This document shows, in pieces, positions 13,288 through 26,440 of a stretch of DNA of 64,000 nt; positions within the stretch are counted from its first letter, which is position 1, and each line of letters begins with the position of its first letter. The DNA comes from Tubulanus polymorphus (taxonomy: Eukaryota > Animalia > Nemertea). The notes beneath the pieces are model-generated. The model was not told the origin of the DNA, ran no database searches, and saw only the letters and a list, made by a program, of their open reading frames with translations. The stretch lies in the NCBI RefSeq assembly GCF_964204645.1, contig NC_134031.1:15053807-15117806 (forward strand), read 5' to 3'. The position numbers and the translations under genes are program-made.

Positions 13288-15184
13288 AACAGTGTACACA
13301 CTATCGGGTCGATAATCGGTGTTAAATCGACCCGAGAGAGTGAAAACAGAGCAGATGCTTTTAAGACTGGAAATCGGAAATACAGCGTCCATAAGAAAAG
13401 GCAATGAAATCCTCGCCGAGACCCGATGCAAAAAGGCAACCGCATAGAAGACATCGCCCAAAATGGTGCACTGGTCCCCATACGCATCAGGAGGCAGCAT
13501 CCAAAATGGGAAAACGTTCTCCTTTTTCGGAGACACCACGGTCCAGACTGGAAAATTGGAATCACCTGACTCCGAGAAGTTATAGGACCCCCCAAGGCCC
13601 TCTCCTAGCTCCGCCCTGACTACGGTATTGATAGTTGGAGTATGGAAATTTGTTGAATCGATCCTTGAATCGAGTTAATAGGCGACGCAAAGAGAGATCA
13701 CTGAGCGGGTTACTGAGATGAAAACGGATTTTAAGCAAGACATGTTTTATATCAGTTTGTACACGGCGTGCACATAATTGCGAAAATAACTACCGAGATA
13801 CGAAATAACTCCATAGACATTTTCAACCGAAAATAATTTTGATGCCGGACCTGGATTTAGGAGGTGGAATTGGGGATGTCCGAGGCAGGTAACGCGAAAC
13901 TCTAGTTGTTATTTTTTTCGATATTTCTTCGTTCATAAAATTCGTCTTGTATAGAATTCGACATCTAAATGTCCACAAAACATATTACAAACGCTGACAG
14001 AAAGTTAACGATCTGACCTGAACACATACATATCTGTATAGTATATTAGCCTTGAATTAATTTAGCGAAAAATCGCCGATAACACCGATTAGAATGAAGG
14101 AATCATCATGCGTAAATAGTTTACCGGTATTCCTACAAAATTTGCCCAACTACAAAATCTTTGAATTTGAAAATCTCTTCGTGAAAGTGGAACTTTTTTC
14201 ATGTAAGTGGTACTTCTTTTTTTTCTAAATAGTAAAACTTTTTGTAACTTTTTAGCGTGTACACGCTGATGTCGGGTCGTGGGAGTTCTCGCGCAGAAAA
14301 CCTTTGAAAATGAGATGCAACAAGTGCAATTTCAAGCATATTTGGGGTGAAAATTTTGCTATACTCTTTCCTACAATTCGACCTCCAAATCAACTTATGT
14401 AAGATTGAAAGTCTGTGCATATTTTGAAAGAAAAACGAATTAGAAAGTGTTAACGATCCTAATGCAAAAAATGGTGAATTGTAAATGTATTATTAGGAAG
14501 GCATAGTTTTTCGATATTCTTGGATCCGTTCTTCCCATTATATTCGTATATTCAGCGAATGTAATTGAATGTAATGAAGCTATCTTATATAAAAGCGACA
14601 ATTGTTACACTCTGACGCTTGGCTGATTTAAACGACTTATTCATGCTCATGAACGTTATGTTATGAACGCCGTCCATGTGGGTTTATGGGGTCCCTGCAA
14701 CATTTCAACTAACCGAACATCACATTTCTGCGGATAATTTCAAACATCGTAAACATTAAACAGTAGATTTTACTTACGCGTTTATAATTTTCAAGCGAGA
14801 AAATATCGACGTCAGTTTGTAGATCGGAGATCACAGCTATAACCACAGTGAATTCTACCCATCTTTTATTCCTTCGAGTTAAAAGTCACCTGTTTGTCAG
14901 CAGAAATCCACCTGTTCGTGATATTGGCATTCGCGAAATGAAATCGTTAATGGCAAGTGTCAAATCGACACTGTTGAACTGCACCAATTGGACTCCACGG
15001 ATTCTAGTATTTAATTCGCACTCGCGTTCAGTTGCTTAGAAATTGAGGTTGGCTCCTTCACCAAATGAGCTCTGAATAGGTTGATATTTAAGCTTTATGC
15101 GGTGCTTAGAAATTAGAATGTTGAAGGTCACAAAATCAGCATCAGTCGCCCATGTATGTGCTAATCATTTAGGCTTCTCGTTAA

Positions 15185-15727
15185 AGAGCCGTTAAGTAGG
15201 AAGATTTGAAAAAGCAATAGGGAACCTTTCTATTGGGTGCTTCAAAGAACCCCCCCCCCCTGACAGTTGCTTTGAAGAAACTTTAGGAACCACTTGTTCT
15301 ATATCCAATAAAGCTTGAAAGAATATCATAGTCCCCCCTTCTAACCAAAAACCCTTTCGAATTAAAATCACCATGTCAAAAAATCCACCCGATCTATGAC
15401 GAAAGTCCACAGTACTTCTTAAAGCGGGAATATGCAATAAAATTGCATAAAAATCCAACTTATTTTTCAAAATAGACCCAGATCCCCTGCATGAGTATCG
15501 CGCGAGGTGTAGTTAAGTGCCCTTGTCATATGAGATGAATCCCACTCCCTTTCATTTCAATATGTGTGTCATCTCTGATGATTTCAAGGAGCACTCAACG
15601 AGATGGGTTCTTCGGGTAACCTTACTATGGGGTTCTTCGAAGAACTTCCTCGGCAGCAGTGCTGTTACCGACCTTAAGAGGTTCCTCCACAGAGGCAAAG
15701 CAAAAGAACCATCAGTCTTAAGAGTGT
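15185..15727. mobile_element. Probable CACTA/EnSpm-type non-autonomous fragment
   Basis: The right end reads CACTCTTAAG...GGTTCTT on the minus strand, with repeated agaacc/ggttct subterminal motifs. Confidence 0.35.
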
Positions 15728-16308
15728 ATATCTAATGAAGCTTGAAAGATAGCTCTAACGGTTCCTTGTTCAAATGTTAATTGCCCGAGATATATTTTTG
15801 AACTGACTAAAATGCATATCTTTGTATAATGAAGCAACTACTAAATGCGTCAGCCTATTACATATGTCCGGTTCAGGTGTCTGGGTTATCATTTTTATTC
15901 TATAGATTATTACGATTGCTAACCGAAATTACTTATATTCCCAGTATCATTAACTCGTAAGTAAGAAATACATTTAAGAATCTGCCGAATTATCTTGGCG
16001 TTTCGAATTAATCACTTTTATTACCCCTTTTTGGTGATCCAGCTGTCATCAATCACACCTGTAAGCAGTTCTTATAGTATATTAGAGTTTCTTTGATATG
16101 TATAGGGTTGGAAACAATAATGATTTTAATAATTAGTTACTGCCTTCATGTATAACAAAGCTTGTTATATCAGTAATGAAATCAAATTCAAGTCAGGAAT
16201 TTTAATAACAAAGAATAGATTATCAAAGAAGCTTCATAGCAAATTATCTTTTTATTTCATACAGCCATGTGCATCAGGAAAATCGGTTGAAGGGCGGGTG
16301 AGCTTGAT

Positions 16309-16993
16309 AAACCCATCCTCCCTCTGCAGGGACTCGAACCTGATGGCATCGCTACACTCAGCCACGGCACGAACCCCTGCATCAGTAGACCGGGTGCACA
16401 GGTACATGCGCAGCTTTCCGAACGAAAACTGGCGGCACCAATCAGATTGCTCGTTGTATAATCGTTGAGGCAAATTTCAAGGAAGAACTCATCCTCGCTT
16501 GCCAGGGGTCCGGTATCACTCCCGAACTCGCTTCCACCAGCCACCTGGCCTCACGAAGCGTGATTTCAATACTGGCGCTGTTGCGCATGACGTCATATAT
16601 CGATTTGCGAAATACTTCCTTGTTCGGTAATACGTTCGCTGATTGGTCAATTTAACGGGAAACCAACAGAAGTCTACTGACGGTTTGTTACAAGCACTGT
16701 GATTGGAACGACCGGATTCTGGTCGGCTAGTAACGACTCCAACGACTCGTGAGGTCAAGGGGTTCGGGGAACAGCTTTAGCGTAGTGGGTTCGAATCCCT
16801 TGACGGGTGAAGATGGGAAGAACTATAAATGGGAAAACCCGGGCTAAAATAAAACGGGATATCTGATTGGCTAAAAATCACATCATCTGAACTGCGCATG
16901 TATCTGCGCACACGGTCGATTATGGCAGGGTTTCGTGCCGTGGCAATCTCGATGCCATCAGGTTCGAATCCCTGCCGGGGGAGGATGGATAAA
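16309..16993. repeat. Imperfect inverted repeat (16309-16447 / 16861-16993) enclosing a B-box/CCAAT-rich island
   Basis: ccatcctccctctgcagggactcgaacctgatggcatcg...catgcgcag is the reverse complement of ctgcgcatg...cgatgccatcaggttcgaatccctgccgggggaggatgg. Confidence 0.7.
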
Positions 16994-17682
16994 CTGTGTT
17001 CAACTTATCTCACGATATAACGGTAGAAAATAGGTGGGGAGTCCATAAACCGGCTATAAACACGTAACTGTGTTATGGAGAATATTGTCTTCTGTTGACT
17101 CTTTTTGTTTTTATCTTCGTTTGTCATTGCCACCCAACTTGGTCATGATGAATGAAAAAAAGATCTCAGTTTTTCAACCATTGCAGGAGACTTGCCATAC
17201 ATAGAAAAAACAAAATATAGTCAGGGGAGTTTCGAGGGCCCGTCATATGAATATCAATGATTATTTTGCCTGAGTGTTTGGCTGGTTTGACTAAAAAATC
17301 TCTCAAGACTTTTGCTAGCTCTGAGTGACTGGGTTATGCGCGATCTTTATTAAAATCATTCTCTTATACGTGATATATTCTAATTGTTGTATGCACTGTA
17401 TAATCGAGGCATCAAAAGCGAAATTGCGCGTATACACCTGCTGGTAGCTTTCGCATATCAAATGGATATCTTGTTGAAAATCCGATCCTCTCTGTCACGT
17501 CAAAACTATTGATTCGAAATGTATATCTATGCGCTGCCTGACAACACTTGTGAGTTCAGATTTGTTGCGAGTTAACTCATTTAAAATGAACTCCCAACTG
17601 TGGAACTGGGCCCCGTAGACTATCAGGCTATCATCAAGTTGGTACAAATACTGAGTAAGAGTTTGTGAACCAGTAGGCCTAA

Positions 17683-17955
17683 GGCGCGTTCACACGACGA
17701 AATTTAGACCGGTCCAAATTTGGTCCGGTCCAGTTTAGACTGGACCAAGCGTTCACACGGGGAAAATGCCGTTCCAAATTAGACCGAGGACAGAGGACCG
17801 AATTGGTCAAATGAAGAATGTCTTGCTCTACTTGGAATCTGGAAGCAAGACTTCGTCCAGGCGCAATTAATTATTTTAGCAGATGGTCTAGATTTGGACC
17901 GGACCAGGTACAGACCCATTTATACCGGTCTAACAAGTTGTCGAGTGAACGCGGC
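17683..17955. mobile_element. PIF/Harbinger-type MITE
   Basis: TIRs ggcgcgttcacacgac ... gtcgagtgaacgcggc follow a TAA, with internal ggaccggtcc repeats. Confidence 0.55.
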
Positions 17956-18200
17956 TCTAGACTCTGTCTCTTACTGCGGTAAAGCTGAGACTTGTTAAAT
18001 TCACCCCGAATTGGTGTCACTGAGCTTGTGAAATAACAGAGTTTGTGAAATCATGGACTCCATGGTGAAATACAGTAGATTCTGCGAGAGATTCTGTGTC
18101 TTTTACAGCGGTAACAACAAGTTAAGCCTGGTAAAATTCTACCCCATGGTATCACAGGGGCTCGTATTACCCCATTAAATTCTACCCCATGTTATCACAG

Positions 18201-18361
18201 GAGCTCGTATTTGAAGTTTGGGAGTGAACTGTAGCTTAGATCATCCAGTATCCCTGGTACTATATATATATAAAAAGAAGATATTTCTTATTATATATAT
18301 AGTACCAGGGATATTGGATGATCTAAGCTACAGTTCACTCCCAAACTTCAAATACGGGCCC
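18201..18361. mobile_element. Near-perfect palindromic MITE
   Basis: cgtatttgaagtttgggagtgaactgtagcttagatcatcc...ggtacta is inverted to tagtacc...ggatgatctaagctacagttcactcccaaacttcaaatacg. Confidence 0.7.
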
Positions 18362-19755
18362 ATGTGCATGGTATCAAATACTCAGAAGGAACAAGTGAAA
18401 TACTACCCCGAGTTAGTTTAGAATACTGTCAGAGCGTTTGTGAAATCCACACGACTATGTAGATTCAGATTTACATGTACCGATCGATCAACAGTAGGCA
18501 TATAGTAGATCGCTGAAAATCCATCTGTTCGTGATTGACTTTATTCCAACGCTGCCGTATTAAGTCTTTTATTTTTCGTGGCTGATTCAGCGGTGTTGTC
18601 ATATCGCGGAATTTTTTAAAAACAGGGAATTTCTCCACTTTCACTATGAATAGTAATTTTACCCACGGGGATATGCGGTGTCGGATTAAGGCACCGGACC
18701 AATCGATGCTCTCAGTTAGTTTCGAATCACACTGTTAGCCGCACAATTTTATCTGACATTATTCTATGATACCGTTCACTGGCTACGAGTTACCAGCTGC
18801 TGCAGCAGCAGTCAGAATGTAGTCGGACAAAGAGATCGGTGTCAGGTCAAGCATCAGTTATCGAAGTTAATCGACTTTTTGCGATCTATGTAGATTTGAG
18901 CACGGTCGCCCTGTTGGTTCGTAGTTTCAGTTGATTGCAAACGTGAAACGTGCTACTACCAAAGATGTACTGCGGTTCCTTGAAAATCATTCTGATAGAA
19001 ACCATAAATTACTCTTTTTCCTCCACATACCATGGAAATGGTTGGAATCATAGGCGTCCCCTAGGGGGCGCAGGGATAGCGAACTTTTCAAGATAGCTTA
19101 CTTCTCAAGTTACTATGTAATCAATGTTCAAGATTTTTCTTGCCAATTTGACTAGTCTTTTAACTCTAAAAGATTCATTTAGATCAGAGCCTGGAAAACG
19201 TCTCTAAAGACTCCAATTTTCAAAAAGTTTTTTGGGGGGAGACCCACCAAACATCCGACATTGTGCATGGATACTGGATTGATGCTTATTTGAACCACCT
19301 ATGAAAATTCCTGGGGACGTCTATGGGAATGCGATTAACATTTGTAATCGTATTCGTACACGAATAATGAAGATACGTTGAGATAATCAATAAATCGAAC
19401 GGCAAGAATCGGGTCATTTATTTTTATGGTAAACATCAATTCCACAGAAGTTTGAATTCAATCATAAAACATATTTAGGCTTCCTTCAAATGTTTTACAT
19501 ATCTGCAATAAAAGAGAAAGCTTAATCAGGGTTAGTCCTGGGAAACCAAGATCCAAACGACGTAAAGCCAAATAAACAAACAAACACTGCCCCATCAAGT
19601 GCAGTAGAATAATCCCAGGTTCGAATCTACAGTCGATAACAAGGTTTAAACAAGGTTAAAACTAGGTTGAAATTACTCGAGTTTCTTAAATAATGTTTGA
19701 TAATTAAATTTATGATAGAATTTGATAATTTTCGCATATGATTCCAACAAGTTGC

Positions 19756-19995
19756 TCACCCGCATTTTGTTGCTGGATTCGTTTCTTTGTCGCATTTGCA
19801 GCATAATTCGGGACAACTGTCGTTTGGCACAACAACTTCATCGTGATCACAGCCATCAGCAGGTCGGCACGCATAGTAAATCTCTTTTCCTTTTACTTTG
19901 TAGTTGCAGCCACCGTCACCTCGTGCCGTACCAGTGACGGCCAGCAGCACCGCCATCAACCAGACTAGAATAACTGTACGCGGGATACCTATCAT
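19756..19995 (-). CDS. Secreted 8-Cys beta-defensin/toxin-like peptide, copy 2 (79 aa)
   Basis: It has the same acceptor/ATG context and signal peptide as copy 1. The mature peptide is DGGCNYKVKGKEIYYACRPADGCDHDEVVVPNDSCPELCCKCDKETNPATKCG. Flanks ~19371-20790 are homologous to ~11641-13770. Confidence 0.8.
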   Translation of the reverse strand: MIGIPRTVILVWLMAVLLAVTGTARGDGGCNYKVKGKEIYYACRPADGCDHDEVVVPNDSCPELCCKCDKETNPATKCG

Positions 19996-21159
19996 TCTGT
20001 AAAAATAATTGGCAACGTTTTCTATAAGTGTCGGGGCCAGGTTCCACAGTTTTTAATCCAGTTCCACCAGTCTGTTCCACAGTCAGTTCTGTATCCACAT
20101 CCACAGTTCGGGAACCCAGTTCCACACTTTCTGGACCCAGTTCCACAATTCCGGAACCAGTTCCACAGTTCTGGACCTAGTTCCACAGTTCTGGACCCAG
20201 TTCCACAGTTCTGAGTTAAAATTCAAGAATCTTTGACTAGATTTGGTCGAAGAACTGAGCCTAAATTAGCAGTTAGCGGAGTTAAACTTAATTCAGATGT
20301 GTGGATGAATTGTGTCCTGAACTGTAGAACTAGGGCCTGCTTTTTTGATCGGAGACGATTTGAATAGATGATGTAGTTTACCTGATATAGTTTACTCCTA
20401 TCTGTCCTAATCAAACTCACTGGACTCGCTATTGTGTATAGGATGTTTATATATTCGATATCAATTCCGCTTCAGCTATCAGTGTAAATACAGTATTTTC
20501 TATAAAATAAACAATTTATTCGAAAAATCAAACACATTCCAACGATAACGAGTAAACAGTGTACACAGTGTCGGGTCGATAATCGGTATGGAATCGACCC
20601 GAGCATGGAGGTGTTTTAGAGACTTGGTACACAGCATTCGGTCGTGTTTTGGGGATCCAGATCGAATACTGGGAAATCGGGGATATGGGGGTCCAAAAAG
20701 AAAAAGTGATCCCCGCCACACAGAAGACCTGATCTGCGAAAGGGCAACTTCATAATAGACATCGTCCCATATATCAGTTTGTACTTGGCATGCAGAAGTT
20801 CTCTTAAGCCCTAGCTCCTCCTAAAAGCAGGTTCCTCCTATTTGAGACCAAAGGCGTGAGTCTACAGTGGGACCTCGGAAATGAAGATTTATCGGTTTTT
20901 AAAATCTTAGAATTTCATCCCAGGATGATTTAAATGATCTGGATATAGACAACTGTTAGTTTATTATAACGAACAGATTTCTTGGCCCCTTGAAGTTATT
21001 TATAACTAGGTTCCACTGAGAGTACCGGTCACAGTGCTAGATGTTGACCGTCAAGTGCTGCCCCTCTTTATTTACATAGCGGTAACTGATCCTGGAGAAC
21101 TTAAATATGACGAAACTGTGGTTTAACCAAGGCTCGAATCGTTAATTAAACAGGTCCCT

Positions 21160-22065
21160 TAAATCCCTTCGCGTCAATATCCTCAATTCATTGGTTAGAC
21201 CACATAAATGACTCATCAATTCCAAAGCTCCGCTCCTACAAACTTTTCAAGGAGCGTTTTTGTTTAGAAAATTACATCGTTTCTGTACCTTTTGTTAAGA
21301 GGAAAGAATTTACCAAATTCAGAATCAGTTCTCACCACCTACAAATTGAATCATACAGATATGCACGACCCAAAATCCATGTGTCAAATAGATTCTGTTT
21401 ACTGTGTAAATCTGTCTCCAGTACTAATGGTCAGGTGGAAGAAAAACACTTTATTTTAGACTGTTCCACGCTAAATTCGAGAGAGTTCTTTTTTATGATA
21501 AAATCCGGGAGTTTGTTGATTTCGACGCTCTCTCATCTGCGCAACAATTTAGCTTCCTGTCGTCATATAATTCAAACGACAGCGAAATAGGGAGCATAGT
21601 TTGTGATCTAGTAAATTCTTTAATTTCGGAACGGGATTTTGTATTTTGAAATCCACGTAGATTCCCGGGTCTATCAATTCGATATTATCATTCGGCTGTT
21701 TTTTGCTCTATTTGGTTTTTCTTTGTTTTTGTTTTTGTTTTTTTTTCTTTTTGGATTGTGTTCGTATGACTGTATCGTATACTGTATGCCACGTTTAACC
21801 TCTTATCCTCACCTGACCGTCTCTCCCGCCGAAGCCCATTCATTCATTCGGCTAGGTCGTCGGACTGTGGCAAGCGAGGACGAGCCAATTGTATTGTATG
21901 TATATACCCTACCGGTCTCTTCTTGTGCTCGTTTTTGTTTGTTTGTGTTTTGTGTTCTTTTTATTACACTTTCTATATTTTTGTACTGTGTATTGCTTTA
22001 TTGTACTTCTTCTACCGATGATGTTATGTAACATTAAGGAACAATACATTTATTGAATTGAATTG
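21160..22065 (+). mobile_element. 5'-truncated non-LTR retrotransposon (LINE ORF2 C-terminus plus 3' tail)
   Basis: The frame reads KLRSYKLFKERFCLENYI...RKEFTKFRISSHHLQIESYRY...RFCLLC...VEEKHFILDC, the typical post-RT CCHC end of RTE-X/L2-like LINEs. It ends in an attgaattgaattg tail. Confidence 0.75.
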
Positions 22066-22664
22066 GTAAATTTGTGCACTAACGTATTGCTCGCATACCG
22101 CAGTAGGAATTAGTTAGTTCATATTCACCGCTTATGTTATTTCTAGTCGCAGCACTGAACGGTCAATACCAGACATCGCTGGATGCGGGTGCCGGGACCA
22201 TAGACAAAAATGCAGCAAGTTTTGGGCTGACGGCACAAAAGCTGTCGAAATATTTTGTGTAAATAAACGAGTGAATTTTTATAGTTTTTTCTTATGTCCA
22301 TCATTTTCAATTATACATATATGAACTATTTTCGGTAAATGATAATACATACAGTGGTGAAATCTAGTTAGCCAGAAGTCCTACACTTTATGATTATCGT
22401 AACTAGAAAAGAATATTGACACTTAATTTTAGTTTGTGTACACCGAGGCACACTTCAGTTCAATCAGTATCTTATCATCAGTCGGTTAAATAGTATCTTA
22501 TCTAGACTAGTGTTCACCAGACAACACGGTTGATTCTTAGTCAAAAACTTTATATTCAAAAACAACACATGACATAATGATAATACATCGTTAAATTGTT
22601 TTAAAGAAGCTCGCTGGGGGTCAGTCAGTTTAATAGACTAGGTACTTTAGAACTCGAGTTGCGT

Positions 22665-25371
22665 TTATTCAACATTCATGAATTTTCGGACGCATTCGCA
22701 TATTTTTTTCATAGCCACAACTTGTTCGTCATAAACCAAACCAGCGATAGAAATCCGGAATTTATTCAGACACACACCAGTCGAGGAGAACCTGACGGAA
22801 AAAACAAATCATTCATCGAATTTCATTACAAAATCTCAATATCAGTTATATAAGAATTACGATAATCTGTTTTAGAATTACCTGCGACCAGCGTAGAATG
22901 TCACACCGAATTCTTCATTCGCTAATTTCAGTAAATCCTCCGCATTTCTGTCTTTTGGCAATTCCAACCAGATAAAATAACCTCCCTATAATTCAACATC
23001 GAATATCATTGATCATTAAACATTCTTACACAGCAGACCGTTCCACAGTTGTGAGGTAGAATTAACTCTGAATTAAGGTTAGTTCATTTTCGATGAGTCA
23101 AATCTTAACTCGGAACTGCGGAACTGGACCCAGAGGATTAACTCACGTTTGGTCTCGTATATGAAACAGTTTTAGGTAAAAGTTCGTCAAGAATTTCTAG
23201 AGTTTTCGCCATTTTGCGCTGAAAATAAAATATTGGATACAAAACTATATAGTTAAGGAGCAACAGAATGAACTGAAGCCGAAGGAGGAAGATATTCAAA
23301 CCTTGTATTCATCTCGAGCAATTTGAACTTGTTTTTGTACGAGTCCCATTTGTAAAGCGCTAGTAATAATTGTCGACGTATATTGACACGTATTTCCTCC
23401 GCTCCAACATAAAGACCTTATATAGAGAAAATATGAATCAATATTTATCAGAATGTTTTGAAACAATTTGAACTAAATCTCTCAATTCAAATTCCGATTC
23501 GAAACACACGTGGCAGCGATGAATTTAACGATCTCGGTCGGAGCCTCGATCCAGCCGCATCGTACTGACGGAGCCAACAGTTTAGAAAACGAACCGCACG
23601 AGACAACGTTGCCTTCGCTGTATTCAACTCCCGGACTGAAATGAACGTCATTATCAATATCAGTAATTAGATTATATCAGCACCGAACCTCAGTCATCGC
23701 CATCACTGGTTCTGTTTCCCCAGCAGACGCAGACGTCCTGACGAAGCAACCAGTCTCTCAGTCACCCGGTTAAAGTAAACGCGAGCAATGATTGATTTAT
23801 ACTCTTTTTTCATTTTATATCTTTAAGAAAAAATTACCTGGAATCAAATTCTATGAGTCGTTTCGGAGCCCGCGAACTGCCATCAAAATATAGCAAATTG
23901 TAAATATCATCACCGAGTAACAAAGAGTTTTGTTTACGGGCGAGTTTTACCAGTTCCCGGCACCGATCTGAAATATCATACAACAACAGTTGAATCCCCC
24001 TATGACGTCATCAAATTACCTACAGCACTAAGAAAAAATCACTAGTGGATTTCATGATGTCATAACGAGAGGTAGAAGGCGGCCATCGTTTTTTCTACAG
24101 AGTCCATAGATAGAATAAGTGTTAGGCAATTTGGATATGACGTCATAGTGATCTATGGTGGCAGCCATTGATTGATGATGTCATCAGGATTATTGTTATA
24201 AGATTAGCGAAACTGGATGCACTGATGGACGTAGGCACATAATACTTACCTTCTGAATATGAGAATCCGGCAGGATTATTAAACACGGGAATCATATAAA
24301 TCAAAGATTTATAAAGTTTCTTCGCGGATTTCTGGAAATTCTGCGGACAATGTTTGTTGATTAACTTCTCAAGTTCGTCAATGATCATTCCCTGGCTGTC
24401 GCAGGGAACTGAAAAAAGAAACCAACAAATGAAATAATGCACGAAATTTAAATTCGAAGTTTCTAGAAATTGCAGGTGCGTGGAGGGCGTGGGGATATCA
24501 TACCCGGTATGACTGTGTATCCCAATTCGGCCAACATTTCAATGATCAGAAAATAGGTTGGTTCTTCTACAAATATGGGTACATCTTGCCGGAACAGCAG
24601 AGATAACAGCATGTGAATGCCGTGAGTGCTACCGGCAGTAGCCAACAAATTATCACTGCGTGAAAGAGAAAATATGAAGACGGTCAAACAGTACTCTATT
24701 TCTGAGTATTTGCAATCATAACAATTCAACTAACTAAGTGCAAGTCGTCAAGATATTTATCGTTACTACAAAATGTTCCACGATTTGAGCAGTTTCATTG
24801 GGTTTCATTCAATTGAAATCGATTTCTAAAAAGGGCGTCCTCTAAATTCTAAATTCAACGGACGCGGCAAGAAATGTCTACACGAACCTGACAACTTTAG
24901 TACCATATTCGGTGGTCAAGAATTTCGCCAATTCTTCGAGGAATTCCGGATCTCCCTGATTCGGGCCGTAGTTGAATGACAATGCCTTTCTGGTTAGATC
25001 CAAAGGCTAGTAAAAAACGGAAGCAATAACGACGTCAATTATAAAGATGATTCGCAGAGGCTACGAGATTTAGAGACGTCAAGGTCGGATCCAGAGGTAC
25101 TTGTGAGACCTGTCCATCAAATTTTTTTTCAGTGCCTTTTTCATTTTGTCAACGAAGATAGTAGGTGCATTTCAGTACAGGAGTATATTATATACTTCAT
25201 ATTGCCTTTATGGACATCGAAGTGCCTTTTCCGACAAGTCCTTCAAAGCTGGGGGATCCGCCTCTGGATGTCGATGTAACTTACGATTCGATGTTGGGTT
25301 GCTTTTAGCATTATTTCAGCTGATAAAGTGCGCAGGTAACTGTCCGGGTAACCGTCTCGTAAAGACAACAT
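22665..25371 (-). CDS. PLP-dependent class I/II aminotransferase (YER152C / 2-aminoadipate transaminase-like), paralogue A, 10 coding exons
   Basis: Motifs across GT-AG exons: MLSLRDGYPD, YGPNQGD, AGSTHG, VEEPTYF, IPVFNNPAG, GDDIYNLL, SFSKLLAPSVRCGW (PLP lysine), GGYFIW, FRISIA. The stop is at 22665. Confidence 0.85.
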
Positions 25372-26022
25372 TATGAAGCTGATTGTTTTCCACACCTATG
25401 AGGAATAATGAAACAGAATTTACGGATCAGAGCTGCGTGAATTCAAACCGCGACTGAAACCCTTTATTGTCGAGTCCATCATTTTTCACTGTTACTGACC
25501 GAAATAATGCATTCGGTCACTGGCACGACTTACCAGATCACAGTTAATTTAGTACAGACCCCGATTACCATGCCCTGTCACCAGAAACCTTTTAGCAGCG
25601 TCCACTGCAAGCCTGTTATCAGATATCCCTACGTCGATGTACTGGTTCGCTACTATGTATGTATTATAGATTTGCCCTGGTTTATATAAATTATATGAAA
25701 ATCCTACCTGTTTAATACAGCTCTAATACTGTACGCGGCTGGTTGTGTACTGATCTCGCAACAACAGCCCCGATCTCCGCGTGTGTGTATGTCTCTCTCT
25801 CTTTACGTCACGAGTACTTCTTTATCGAATTTAGGGGGTAAAGTACAAAAGGGTCAAACCTTTAGATAATGGCGCTGCTGTGAAGAGAGCAAAGTTCGTT
25901 CTCGTGTGACAAATTTTCATCGCAAATTGACCCGCGGTCTAGCTGCAGAGTTCGCGTACCCTATCAGCAACTGCACCTTGGAATCAAAAGCTCTATTTAT
26001 CCTGTTTGATCATTGGATAAGT

Positions 26023-26121
26023 CTACAGTCAAAGCTCGTTATACCGCCATATTTTCACATATTCGTTGCCGCCAATATTTCCACTCTCCAATGGCTGGCT
26101 TTATAACAAGCTTTGATTGTA
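26023..26121. mobile_element. Tc1/mariner (pogo-like) MITE
   Basis: TA-cagtcaaagctcgttata ... tataacaagctttgattg-TA. Confidence 0.55.
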
Positions 26122-26440
26122 CTATAGTTTATACGTGTGGTTTGATTGAGATCGGATCATACATGAAGCAAAGAAAAAATGACTAGCAGAAACTGCCAGG
26201 GTGTATTTTTCTATCCAGAAACCGATTTCGTTTATTTGAATTCACAAATTCATTATTTCGATATAACCAAATAATGTAGATTAAATAAAGTTTTGTGTAT
26301 TAAAACTTTTGAAAACATTTTGCGGTAGATAATATCGATCGATAAGTAATATCGATTATCCAATAAACCGTGCTGTAAGAATGTGTGACTATGTTTAAAC
26401 AGAGAGGACATGTTCTCTCTGGCATTTCAATCGTTGCAGT

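Noticed and set aside
16257-16544. 95-aa ORF as a protein-coding gene
   Set aside because: It has a GTG start, no recognisable domain, and overlaps an inverted repeat arm.
16770-16990. tRNA genes at the GGTTCGAATCC motifs
   Set aside because: No acceptor, D or anticodon stems could be folded.
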